Source of the DNA: Candidatus Saccharimonadota bacterium
GTDB lineage: Bacteria > Patescibacteriota > Patescibacteriia > 2-12-FULL-60-25
Assembly: GCA_016699205.1 (NCBI GenBank)
Contig: CP064964.1
Coordinates: 810,001 to 842,000, forward strand
Length of the DNA: 32,000 nt
Direction of reading: 5' to 3'
The stretch's first letter is position 1. The number at the start of each line of letters is the position of its first letter. This document shows, piece after piece, positions 24,267 to 32,000 of this stretch. The translations under genes were made by a program, and so were the position numbers. The notes below the pieces were generated by a model, which was not told the DNA's origin, did no database searches, and was given only the letters and a program-made list of their open reading frames with translations.

Positions 24267-24467
24267 ATGAACGGTATCATCAAGACGCTTAAGGAGAAGG
24301 GTTTCGGCTTTATCACCCCGGAAGGCGGCGATAAGGATGTATTCTTCCACTCTGATTCACTCGTCGGCGTTATGTTTGACGAGTTGAAGGAGGGCGAAGC
24401 TGTGACTTTTGAGACGGAGGCTTCGGACAAGGGTCCTCGCGCCGTCAACGTCCAGCGCGTTGCCTAA
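24267..24467 (+). CDS. cspA: cold-shock protein, CspA family
   Basis: 66 aa with RNP1 KGFGFI and RNP2 VFFHS. Confidence 0.95.
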   Translation: MNGIIKTLKEKGFGFITPEGGDKDVFFHSDSLVGVMFDELKEGEAVTFETEASDKGPRAVNVQRVA

Positions 24468-24483
24468 TAAGCGCCGCCAATGC

Positions 24484-24514
24484 AAAACCCGGTCTCGCAA
24501 GAGATCGGGTTTTC
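24484..24514 (+). terminator. rho-independent terminator after csp
   Basis: AAAACCCGGTCTC pairs with GAGATCGGGTTTT (one G-T) around loop GCAA, followed by TTTTCGTTT. Confidence 0.75.
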
Positions 24515-24525
24515 GTTTAGGCTAG

Positions 24526-25260
24526 TTGTATCTTATGGTCTCATTTTCTTGGGAGTACGTTTTTAAGCCGCGGGAAGCGCAGTGGTGGGTAAGCGTTATT
24601 TTTATTTTGGTCGGTATCGGGCTTGGACTTGTTTTGCCTGCATTCCTCGCGCCCTCATGGAAAGGCGTTGAGCTTATGGCTACGGTTTCGCGTATCGAAA
24701 CAAATGAGGAAGGTTTGGTCAGACCTGTTTTTCAGGTTGATGGCCAAGCCAGAGATTACTCGACATCGCTTTGGTCGAGTCGATCGACTTATGCTGAAGG
24801 CGAGTCGGTGACGATTGTGACGGATTCCAACACGCAGGATTGGTATATTAAAGCCGATCAGGATATGAAGGTTGCGATCTGGATTTTGCGTCTTATCGCT
24901 ATTATCTTTTTTCTCATTGGAGTTACCGTGCTTTTGCTTACCGTTTTTTGTTTTCCGGACTATCTTGTACATACGATTGGGGGTTCTATCGGTGCATTGT
25001 CATTTGGATTGCCGGCAACGTTTGCGCTTCCAGGGCTGCTATTTGCGCATCGCACGCGCCCCAATGTTTTCTTTGGCGCGAATGATCCCCTTGGTTCTGA
25101 CACGTGGCTCATCGGAGGGATTTTTACAGCGCTTGGCGTCCTAACAACGATTGCGACTATTATTCTTGCGCGATATCAACTCAAGAATAGATCGCTTGGC
25201 TGGAGCTGGTCCTATGATTCTGATGATAAGAAAACGGAACAAGAAAAAATCGGCCTATAG
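24526..25260 (+). CDS. hypothetical membrane protein (TM / beta-rich ectodomain / multi-TM; DUF3592-like, tentative)
   Basis: TM helix, then a soluble stretch of about 90 aa (SRIETNEEGLVRPVFQVDGQARDY...), then four hydrophobic helices. ATG 24535 is the likely start. Confidence 0.6.
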   Translation: MYLMVSFSWEYVFKPREAQWWVSVIFILVGIGLGLVLPAFLAPSWKGVELMATVSRIETNEEGLVRPVFQVDGQARDYSTSLWSSRSTYAEGESVTIVTDSNTQDWYIKADQDMKVAIWILRLIAIIFFLIGVTVLLLTVFCFPDYLVHTIGGSIGALSFGLPATFALPGLLFAHRTRPNVFFGANDPLGSDTWLIGGIFTALGVLTTIATIILARYQLKNRSLGWSWSYDSDDKKTEQEKIGL

Positions 25261-25264
25261 GCCG
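25235..25264. terminator. bidirectional terminator between convergent genes
   Basis: A6, then ATCGGCC-TATA-GGCCGAT (25240-25257), then GTTTTTT. It overlaps the 3' end of the plus-strand gene. Confidence 0.75.
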
Positions 25265-25271
25265 ATGTTTT

Positions 25272-27107
25272 TTATGCCGCATCTTTTTCTTTTCGGAATA
25301 AACGAGATGAGTTTGCGAGCGGAAGAAAATCCGTAATGAAGTTGTATGCGGCGGCGAGTGCCGGTCCAAAAATACCGGTAAAGACAAAAATAAATCCGAT
25401 GAGATTGGAAAGCGCCCAAATCCAGATATTCCCATTGATGACGTTCTTGGTTTGTTTGGCTAATAGGACGAGTTCAGGTAGTCGGTCGAGATTGTCTGCC
25501 AATAGAACGATGTCCGCCGCTTCAATCGCTACAGCGGTACCCGTTGTACCCATTGCGATACCGACGGTTGAACGAGCCAGGGCGGGCGCGTCATTAATAC
25601 CGTCGCCAATCATGACCGTTGTCCCTTTTAATGCAAGTTGTCCGACTTCGCGTTCTTTGTCTTCTGGAGACATTGTCGGACGGTAGTCCTCGATACCGAC
25701 GGATTTGGCTACGGCGGCCGCCGTGCGGAGCTGATCACCCGTAAACATGACGATATTCCCGACGCCGAGCGCATACAGTTTTTCAATGCTCGCTTTGGCT
25801 GACGGTCGCGGTATATCAGCGATACGGATGCGTCCGACGCAGCGTCCATTGACCGCTATATAGAAGTCGCTCGTAAGACCGGGATCGAGAGCGTCGTCCT
25901 CGCGAGTAGCCCAGCTTTCAGGGATGGTGACGCTTGAATCGGTGAGCAGCGCAGGCGTGCCAACGAGGATGTCGCGGCCCTTGGCATTTACCCAAATACC
26001 TCGTCCTCGATACACTTGGAAACGTTCTGGGTCGGCGACGGCGCCAATACGCTTTACTGCTTCACGGAAGACCGCACGTCCAATGACATGCTCAGAGTAT
26101 TTCTCTGCGATCGCCAAACATTCCCAGATGAAAAATTCGGTAACGGATGGATCGCGGTCCAATCGTTCTACGCGCAGATCGCCAAAGGTGAGCGTGCCTG
26201 TTTTATCGAGGACGAGCGTGTCTATGTGTGCGAGCGGTAATAGTCTTGCACCGCCTTTGATGATGATGCCGCGTTTGGCGGCGCGTCCGAGGGATGCAGT
26301 AATGGCGAGCGGAATGGCGACCGCGATATCATCGGCGCAGGCAACAAGGAAGAACGCGGCAACCATTCCCGGATTTTGGGTAAGGAAATACAGCCCGATT
26401 CCAGAGATGCCGATCAGCGGAAGAAAATAGCCGGCAAATTTGTCTGCAGCCTTTTCTTCTTTGGACTTATGACGCGAGGCTTCCTGAATCAATGTAGCCA
26501 TGCGCTCGAGTGTCGAGTCTTTACCAACATGTGTTGCGCGGATTTTGATGCCGCCGGCTTCGACGATGGTTGAGGCGAGCACGCGGTCGCCGATGAGCTT
26601 TTCTTCTGGAAGCGATTCTCCGGTTACCGAGGCTTCATTAATAAGCGCCGTACCATGTACAAGAAGACCGTCGCAAGGTACCCGTTCACCCGTACCGATA
26701 AGCAAAATATCACCCACGCGAATATCTTGTACGGGAATTTCATCGACGTGTCCGCGAGATTCGCGTCTTGCCTTGTGAGGTTTGAGTGCTAAGAGTTCTG
26801 CGACCGCTTTGTGCGAGCGGGCTTCCGTACGCGCTTCCAATATTCTGGCGCAGGCGAGCATCAGGGCGATAAAGGCACCTGAGGATGTTTCTTGCAGGAC
26901 GAGGGCAATGGCGAGGGCAAGTAAATTATAGAGATCGATGGTGATTTTGAATTGACCGAGACCTTTGGCGCCAGCGATTAATGTTGGTAGGGCGCTGATC
27001 GCGACCATGATCGTTGCGATGATCCAGGCTGACGGCCAAATTAAAACAAGGACAAGTGCAAGGCTTGGCAAGGCAAGAGAGGCGGCTTCGTTTCGAGTGA
27101 CGAGCAT
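25272..27107 (-). CDS. P-type (P1B-like) cation-transporting ATPase without an N-terminal metal-binding domain
   Basis: Motifs VTGESLP (TGES), DKTGTLT, MFTGDQ, GDGINDAPALA. Only 611 aa. The transmembrane metal-site position reads LVACADD rather than CPC. Confidence 0.9.
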   Translation of the reverse strand: MLVTRNEAASLALPSLALVLVLIWPSAWIIATIMVAISALPTLIAGAKGLGQFKITIDLYNLLALAIALVLQETSSGAFIALMLACARILEARTEARSHKAVAELLALKPHKARRESRGHVDEIPVQDIRVGDILLIGTGERVPCDGLLVHGTALINEASVTGESLPEEKLIGDRVLASTIVEAGGIKIRATHVGKDSTLERMATLIQEASRHKSKEEKAADKFAGYFLPLIGISGIGLYFLTQNPGMVAAFFLVACADDIAVAIPLAITASLGRAAKRGIIIKGGARLLPLAHIDTLVLDKTGTLTFGDLRVERLDRDPSVTEFFIWECLAIAEKYSEHVIGRAVFREAVKRIGAVADPERFQVYRGRGIWVNAKGRDILVGTPALLTDSSVTIPESWATREDDALDPGLTSDFYIAVNGRCVGRIRIADIPRPSAKASIEKLYALGVGNIVMFTGDQLRTAAAVAKSVGIEDYRPTMSPEDKEREVGQLALKGTTVMIGDGINDAPALARSTVGIAMGTTGTAVAIEAADIVLLADNLDRLPELVLLAKQTKNVINGNIWIWALSNLIGFIFVFTGIFGPALAAAYNFITDFLPLANSSRLFRKEKDAA

Positions 27108-27142
27108 ACTCTTCAGTATAAAACACGCGCTCTCGACATGCT

Positions 27143-27406
27143 ATGCTAGCCAGGACTATGGCGCGAATGCATTTTTTGCCTGATTGGAAAGGTATTTGGC
27201 GATTCCTGAGAGATGGATCAAGCGATTGGAAGCCAAAAGTGCTCGCTTTGCTCGCGATTGGTTATTTGTTGTGGCCGATTGATTTTTTGCCGGATCTCGC
27301 ACCCATTATCGGCTGGTTGGATGATCTTGGTTTTGTCGGACTAGCAACTTGGTACTTGGTGAATGCGAGCGCGCAGCACAGCAAACGAATCGGGAAGGGC
27401 GATTAG
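27143..27406 (+). CDS. YkvA-family (DUF1232) small membrane protein
   Basis: LALLAIGYLLWPIDFLPDLAPIIGWLDDLGF is the DUF1232 signature. Confidence 0.85.
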   Translation: MLARTMARMHFLPDWKGIWRFLRDGSSDWKPKVLALLAIGYLLWPIDFLPDLAPIIGWLDDLGFVGLATWYLVNASAQHSKRIGKGD

Positions 27407-27864
27407 CCTTTGTCTTTTTTCACGGCCATCATCCAATGCGTTGTTGGCGCTCCAGAGGCGCCGCCCTTGTCTTTCCAGAAAAGCTCAAAAGCCTCGATCG
27501 TTAAAATGCGGATGCCGCTTTCTGTTGCCGGATCCATCATGAAGATTTTCATCTTGCCGACATCGTAGACGACGGAGTAGTGATCCTTGCCTTCCAGTTG
27601 CCAACCGACGATGACAGGGAAATCGTCATCAACAAAACGGCGGATATCGTCGATCGTGGCGTTTTCTACCGGAGTTGGCTTGAGTCCTGCTGCGGTTGCG
27701 CCAGAAATCATTTTGGCATGCAAAGCATGTTCATCCGGCGTGACTTCACACAGCTTGGCGATTTCATCGTGCGTATAATCTTTCTTGAAATAGGTAAGCA
27801 CGACTTTTAACGCAGCAGGTCCACAGAGACCGGGGAGCATGCGGACAGGTGTCATTGGTCTCAT
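27403..27864 (-). CDS. stand-alone peptidase C39-like (papain-fold cysteine peptidase) domain protein
   Basis: GLCGPAALKVVLTYF holds the candidate catalytic Cys. DHYSVVYDV...16 aa...MMDP supplies His and Asp at C39-like spacing. There is no ABC transporter domain. Confidence 0.7.
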   Translation of the reverse strand: MRPMTPVRMLPGLCGPAALKVVLTYFKKDYTHDEIAKLCEVTPDEHALHAKMISGATAAGLKPTPVENATIDDIRRFVDDDFPVIVGWQLEGKDHYSVVYDVGKMKIFMMDPATESGIRILTIEAFELFWKDKGGASGAPTTHWMMAVKKDKG

Positions 27865-27866
27865 AC

Positions 27867-28457
27867 TTATTTGGCGTGTTGGTTTGGTTTATCAGGCATT
27901 TGAAATTCTGAAACGGCTTCATCGAGCTGTTCTCGGCGTTCAATTTCCGCGAGCTCGAGAATTGATTTGCTCACACGGTTCGGGTGAGGGATTTCTTCAA
28001 AGATGAAACGGGTCTTTTCTCCAGCAGTCTGGATTTCTACGTCGCCAAAGTCGAACAATGTTTCTACGACGCCTTTTACTGTGCTTGTAACGTCTTGAAC
28101 ACGGTAGAGACGTAACTCTGAAACGGTGCGCGCAAAGAGGCCGGTTTGCTCGATGTTCAGGACGCGTTTGTTGGTAACGATCCAGACATCGAGATAATAA
28201 TCCATGAAGTTCTGGAACAGGAAGAGCCAGGCAAAAAGGAAGAACGCTGACGCTCCAAGGACGACGAGCGGCATGAGTACCGGATCAGCGATCAGCTCGG
28301 CTTGGTAGAACGGGAGGTACCAGAAGAGGAACGGTACGCAGCCGAGCAAAAGGAGATAGCCGAGGACGAGCCAGAAAATGGTCAGCGGATGGCGATGCAA
28401 AACATGCACGATCTTTTCATCGGGAATAGCGTTTGGAAGATGATTGAGATGCAGCAT
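27867..28457 (-). CDS. membrane-anchored bacterial PH domain protein (bPH_2 / YdbS-YdbT-like, DUF304)
   Basis: HRHPLTIFW plus two TM helices, then YYLDVWIVTNKRVLNIEQTGLFARTVSELRLYRVQDV...FGDVEIQTAG. The start is set at ATG 28457, 4 nt after the upstream stop. Confidence 0.75.
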   Translation of the reverse strand: MLHLNHLPNAIPDEKIVHVLHRHPLTIFWLVLGYLLLLGCVPFLFWYLPFYQAELIADPVLMPLVVLGASAFFLFAWLFLFQNFMDYYLDVWIVTNKRVLNIEQTGLFARTVSELRLYRVQDVTSTVKGVVETLFDFGDVEIQTAGEKTRFIFEEIPHPNRVSKSILELAEIERREQLDEAVSEFQMPDKPNQHAK

Positions 28458-28461
28458 GTGA

Positions 28462-28710
28462 TTATTGTGTGAGGCCAGGAAGCGTTGTCGGGATGACGGA
28501 GATGGTCTGAGACCAATCGACGCCCATGAGATAGAGGCCGGTAGCTCCAAGAACGAGTAATGCAACGATAACGAATGCGCTATTGCTTGCGACGGTCATG
28601 AAACCAGAGATACCAAAGCGTAAGCTCATAGCGCTCGTGATGAGCGCTAAAAGGCCAAAGCCCAGGATCAGGATGGCCCAAACGGCCAAGAAGAGAATCA
28701 GGGGAACCAT
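28462..28710 (-). CDS. small hypothetical membrane protein, 82 aa
   Basis: Three hydrophobic helices. The start lies 1 nt after the ruvB stop. Confidence 0.6.
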   Translation of the reverse strand: MVPLILFLAVWAILILGFGLLALITSAMSLRFGISGFMTVASNSAFVIVALLVLGATGLYLMGVDWSQTISVIPTTLPGLTQ

Positions 28711-28711
28711 G

Positions 28712-29788
28712 TTATTGAAGGATTGTACCTTGGCGTTCCGGAGGCGTGAAGCCGAGATGCTTGTATGCCAGGTCGGTGGCCATACGTCCGCGGAGTGTGC
28801 GTGCTAACAAGCCTTGCTGGAGCAAGAACGGTTCAATGACTTCTTCCAGTGTTTCCATTTCTTCTGAAGTCGCAGCAGCCAAGGTCGAGAGTCCGACGGG
28901 ACCGCCTTGGAATTTATCGACCAGGGCTTTGAGGACACGACGGTCGGCTTCATCGAGGCCGAGCGTATCGATTTCAAGTGCGGCTAAGGCTTTGTCGACA
29001 ACAGTTTCATCGAGTATCCCGCCGGCCATGACTTGTCCGTAGTCGCGTACGCGTTTTAACAGGCGATTGCCGATACGCGGCGTGCGGCGGCTACGATTAG
29101 CGATGAGCTCGAGCGATGGTTCTTCTATCGTGAGGTTGAGGAGGCCGGAGCTGCGGCGCATGATCTCTTTCATCTCATCAGGACCGTAGAAGTCTAGGTG
29201 GAAGTGCATGCCAAAGCGGTCGCGGAGCGGAGCGGAGAGCATCGAGAGGCGAGTGGTAGCGCCGATGATCGTGAAACGTTTCAGATCAAGACGCAGCGTG
29301 CGGGCGGTCGGGCCTTTGCCGATGACGAGGTCGAGAGCGAAGTCTTCCATGGCAGGATAGAGGACTTCTTCAATCGAACGGTTCATGCGGTGGATTTCAT
29401 CGATGAAGAGAATGTCGCCTTCCTCGAGGTTGGTGAGAATGGCCGCTAGATCGCCGACGCGCTCTAAAGCCGGGCCGCTGGTGATGCGGACATTGGATCC
29501 CATTTCATTTCCGATGACATGGGCGAGGGTTGTTTTGCCGAGACCTGGCGGACCGTAGAGAAGAACGTGATCGCATGGTTCGCTGCGGCCTTTGGCAGCC
29601 TCTATAAAGATGCGCAGGTTTTCTTTTACGACAGGCTGACCGATGAAGTCACCAAGGGTTTTGGGGCGTAGCGCGGCATCAAAACCAACTTCCCGTTCTT
29701 GGACTTCCGGGGAGACGACGCGTTCTTCTACGACTTCCGTGAATTGTTCATCATTCTGTTCCATATCTGTTCGGCTCAAGACTAGCAC
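28712..29788 (-). CDS. ruvB: Holliday junction branch-migration helicase RuvB
   Basis: Motifs [45 protein letters not shown], and a C-terminal winged helix. An alternative start is MEQNDEQF (29764). Confidence 0.95.
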   Translation of the reverse strand: MLVLSRTDMEQNDEQFTEVVEERVVSPEVQEREVGFDAALRPKTLGDFIGQPVVKENLRIFIEAAKGRSEPCDHVLLYGPPGLGKTTLAHVIGNEMGSNVRITSGPALERVGDLAAILTNLEEGDILFIDEIHRMNRSIEEVLYPAMEDFALDLVIGKGPTARTLRLDLKRFTIIGATTRLSMLSAPLRDRFGMHFHLDFYGPDEMKEIMRRSSGLLNLTIEEPSLELIANRSRRTPRIGNRLLKRVRDYGQVMAGGILDETVVDKALAALEIDTLGLDEADRRVLKALVDKFQGGPVGLSTLAAATSEEMETLEEVIEPFLLQQGLLARTLRGRMATDLAYKHLGFTPPERQGTILQ

Positions 29789-29826
29789 GGTATCGAGAAA
29801 GTCAAAACTTCGTGTAGAATGCGCCC

Positions 29827-30483
29827 ATGCTACAAATTATCGATTTTTTCATCCACTTGGACAAATATTTGTCGCAATTGGTGGCCATGGCTGGAAATTG
29901 GACGTATGTCGTACTTTTTCTGATTATCTTTTGTGAAACTGGGTTGGTTGTCATGCCAATTCTTCCTGGCGACTCGCTTTTGTTTGCCGCTGGTTCTCTT
30001 GCTGCATTGAGTGCGCTTAATTTTTGGGGGCTGCTCGTTATCTTGTTTCTTGCGGCGGTTGCCGGAGATGCATTGAATTACTGGATCGGCCGCGAGATCG
30101 GACTTAAATTACTTGAAGGACCTTTGGCAAGATTTATTGACCGGAAGCATTTGGAGAAGGCGAATCATTTTTACGAGAAACACGGTGCTAAAGCGATTGT
30201 GTTTGCACGCTTTGTTCCGATCATGCGTACGATTGCTCCGTTTACTGCTGGCGTTGCCCGAATGGATTATCCGCGCTTTTTTCACTACAACGTTATTGGT
30301 GCATTGGTATGGGTTAGCTTGTTTACGACCGCCGGTTATTTGTTTGGGAATATTCCGGCCGTGAAACATAATTTTAGTTTGGTGGTTATCGGTATTATCG
30401 CCGTTTCGCTTTTGCCGACGGTGGTTGAGTGGTGGCGGACTCGTAAATACGTGACGCCTACTGACAAAACAATGGCGTCGTGA
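29827..30483 (+). CDS. dedA: DedA-family (VTT/SNARE-associated domain) membrane protein
   Basis: Motifs [56 protein letters not shown]. Confidence 0.9.
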   Translation: MLQIIDFFIHLDKYLSQLVAMAGNWTYVVLFLIIFCETGLVVMPILPGDSLLFAAGSLAALSALNFWGLLVILFLAAVAGDALNYWIGREIGLKLLEGPLARFIDRKHLEKANHFYEKHGAKAIVFARFVPIMRTIAPFTAGVARMDYPRFFHYNVIGALVWVSLFTTAGYLFGNIPAVKHNFSLVVIGIIAVSLLPTVVEWWRTRKYVTPTDKTMAS

Positions 30484-30499
30484 TAGAACGACGCTGGCT

Positions 30500-30586
30500 T
30501 GCCCGGGTGGCGGAATTGGTATACGCGGAGGACTTAAAATCCTTAACCCGTAAGGGTGTGCGGGTTCGACTCCCGCCCTGGGCACC
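30500..30586 (+). tRNA. tRNA-Leu (anticodon TAA), long variable arm, CCA encoded
   Basis: Hand-folded: acceptor GCCCGGG/CCTGGGC (one G-T), anticodon arm GAGGA-CTTAAAA-TCCTT, variable stem CCC-GTAA-GGG, T arm GCGGG-TTCGACT-CCCGC. Confidence 0.9.
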
Positions 30587-30593
30587 ATGACAA

Positions 30594-30615
30594 GAACCGC
30601 CGAAAGGCGGTTTTG
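30594..30615 (+). terminator. terminator after tRNA-Leu
   Basis: AACCGCC-GAAA-GGCGGTT followed by TTGTG. The U-tract is short. Confidence 0.55.
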
Positions 30616-30633
30616 TGATAACGTGAAGCAATT

Positions 30634-31002
30634 ATGAAGCAACCAGACGCCAAGACTCTGAAACGGGTCTATGCCTATAGCTTTGCCAGTATCTATCCGC
30701 TTTATCTTACAAAGGCGGAAAACAAAGGGCGTACAAAATCTGAAGTCGATGAAGTGCTACGTTGGCTGACGGGATACACGCAGAAGCAGCTAGAAGCGCA
30801 GGTGAAAAAGGAAGTAGATCTTGAAACGTTTTTTGCAAATGCTCCTAAATTAAATCCGGCGCGATCCCTGATTCAGGGCGTGGTCTGCGGTGTCCGAGTG
30901 GAAGACATTAAAGAGCCAACGATGCGGGAAATTCGTTATATGGATAAGTTGATTGACGAATTGGCAAAAGGAAGGGCCATGGAGAAAATTTTGCGGAAAT
31001 AA
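30634..31002 (+). CDS. DUF2200 family protein
   Basis: [32 protein letters not shown]...[11 protein letters not shown]...[22 protein letters not shown] matches my memory of DUF2200 sequences almost throughout. Confidence 0.8.
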   Translation: MKQPDAKTLKRVYAYSFASIYPLYLTKAENKGRTKSEVDEVLRWLTGYTQKQLEAQVKKEVDLETFFANAPKLNPARSLIQGVVCGVRVEDIKEPTMREIRYMDKLIDELAKGRAMEKILRK

Positions 31003-31006
31003 TTTT

Positions 31007-31312
31007 ATGCCAAAGACTGTACAAAAAATCGCGACGGGTGTCGTGCATACGGTACCGGCGGATTTGCGGAAAGCGTTGACGGCTGATCCCAAGGTGCTTG
31101 CAAAATGGAATGATCTTACGCCGCTCGCACGTAACGAGTGGATTTGTTGGGTGACGTACGTCAAATTGGCGGAAACGAGACGCGAGCATGTTGAAAGAAC
31201 GATCTCGCAATTAAACGAGGGCGAGCGTCGGCCGTGTTGCTGGCCGGGTTGTCCTCATCGCAATCCAAATGCGAAGAAGTGGTTTGGAAAGTTGAAGATG
31301 AAGGTGAAGTAA
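31007..31312 (+). CDS. YdeI/OmpD-associated family protein
   Basis: VPADLRKALTADPKVLAKWNDLTPLARNEWICWVTYVKLAETRREHVERTISQL is typical of the family. The start is set at ATG 31007, 5 nt after the DUF2200 stop. Confidence 0.7.
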   Translation: MPKTVQKIATGVVHTVPADLRKALTADPKVLAKWNDLTPLARNEWICWVTYVKLAETRREHVERTISQLNEGERRPCCWPGCPHRNPNAKKWFGKLKMKVK

Positions 31313-31321
31313 TGCGCCAAC

Positions 31322-31354
31322 AAAAAATCTCCGAAGTATTTTCGGAGATTTTTT
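31322..31354. terminator. symmetric A6/T6 hairpin terminator
   Basis: AAAAAATCTCCGAA (31322-31335) pairs with TTCGGAGATTTTTT (31341-31354) around a 5-nt loop. Confidence 0.8.
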
Positions 31355-31425
31355 AAATATATAAAATTTTAATAAATCAATTAGGCGAATTCTGTTTTCA
31401 TCTGTGGTAGTGTGCGTAAGATTAA

Positions 31426-32000
31426 AATTTTATATTATGCACACGTCCCGAGGTTGCGTATACCTATGACCATTGTGCGTATGGTATTGGCAGTTTGTGC
31501 ACGGCGAGTTCTACGGCTTTAAGTATCACCAATGCTTATAATCCGCTGCGCTTACTTGCTTCTGAAACAAAGACAATTGACGGCACGGGTTATACAACTG
31601 CGTATACGTATGATCGGCAGGGGAATCTGTTAACGATTACTAATCCGGATAGTTCACAGATTAAATATACGTATGTCGATGGCCACTATTTGCAAAACGT
31701 TTCCAAGAAGGAAACAACGGATGCGGATTATGTTTCGATCGTGAATAGTATTGAATATGCTCCGAATGCGCAGGTTTCGAGGATGAGGTTTTCAAACGGG
31801 GTCACGGTGACAAATACATATGATCCAGCCAAGCTTTATCGTTTGACGAATAAAGTTAGCGTTCTTCCGAATGCGAGCAATGCCCAGAATTTGAGCTATA
31901 CCTATGATGCTGTAGGAAATATCACTCAGCTTGTTGAAGGTGCTTCCAGTACACAGCGGACCGTGAATTATGGATACGACGATCTCTATCGTCTTACATC
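31426..32000 (+). CDS. YD-repeat / RHS-family protein fragment; no start codon at its 5' end, and it continues past the window end
   Basis: The frame is open from the TAA at 31423-31425 to the window end and is absent from the ORF track. My translation is ...VAYTYDHCAYGIGSLCT...GYTTAYTYDRQGNLLTITNPDSSQIKYTYVDG...NTYDPAKLYRLTN...LSYTYDAVGNITQL...VNYGYDDLYRLT. It contains repeated YxYDxxGN(L/I) YD motifs. Confidence 0.85.

Noticed and set aside
29815-29829. TAGAAT located 6 nt upstream of the dedA ATG, considered as a leaderless-mRNA promoter
   Set aside because: No acceptable -35 or properly spaced TGn element accompanies it (ATCGAG lies at the 17-nt position). A lone -10-like hexamer in a 38-bp divergent region is too weak to report as a feature.
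30109-30642. 177-aa minus-strand ORF
   Set aside because: It is antisense to dedA and runs straight through the tRNA-Leu gene and its terminator. The translation is low-complexity and Arg/Pro-rich.

Overview
Gene-dense bacterial chromosomal segment, mostly coding, about 50% GC by eye. It uses the standard code: TGA, TAA and TAG all end recognisable genes. Two edge-truncated genes are missing from the ORF track and were found by reading the sequence. One is a GspE/PilB-type pilus ATPase running off the left edge (1-1096, minus). The other is a YD-repeat/RHS reading frame running off the right edge (31426-32000, plus). The housekeeping backbone is ftsH, a 4-domain S1 protein, two GT4 glycosyltransferases plus a polyprenyl-phosphate sugar transferase, a Xer-type tyrosine recombinase, an SPFH protein, a pyrD-like gene, recQ, a cold-shock protein, a P-type ATPase, ruvB, dedA, and tRNA-Arg(TCT), tRNA-His(GTG) and tRNA-Leu(TAA). 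Between these sit many small membrane, lipoprotein and secreted proteins of unknown function. Nearly every transcription unit ends in a clean, often bidirectional, hairpin terminator. Gene content and organisation resemble a small Patescibacteria/CPR-type genome; this is inference only. I see no CRISPR array, transposase, rRNA or recognisable defence system. The observations most worth follow-up are: (1) a promoter-to-terminator structured RNA of about 140 nt directly upstream of the S1 gene; (2) a GC-rich orphan gene (12188-12757) beside a Xer recombinase split by one in-frame TAA; (3) the YD-repeat frame that opens without a start codon after an AT-rich junction; (4) a tightly coupled ruvB / small TM / bPH / C39-peptidase operon; (5) two secreted proteins sharing an unassigned C-terminal domain of about 147 aa. 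None of these can be called a new system from sequence alone.
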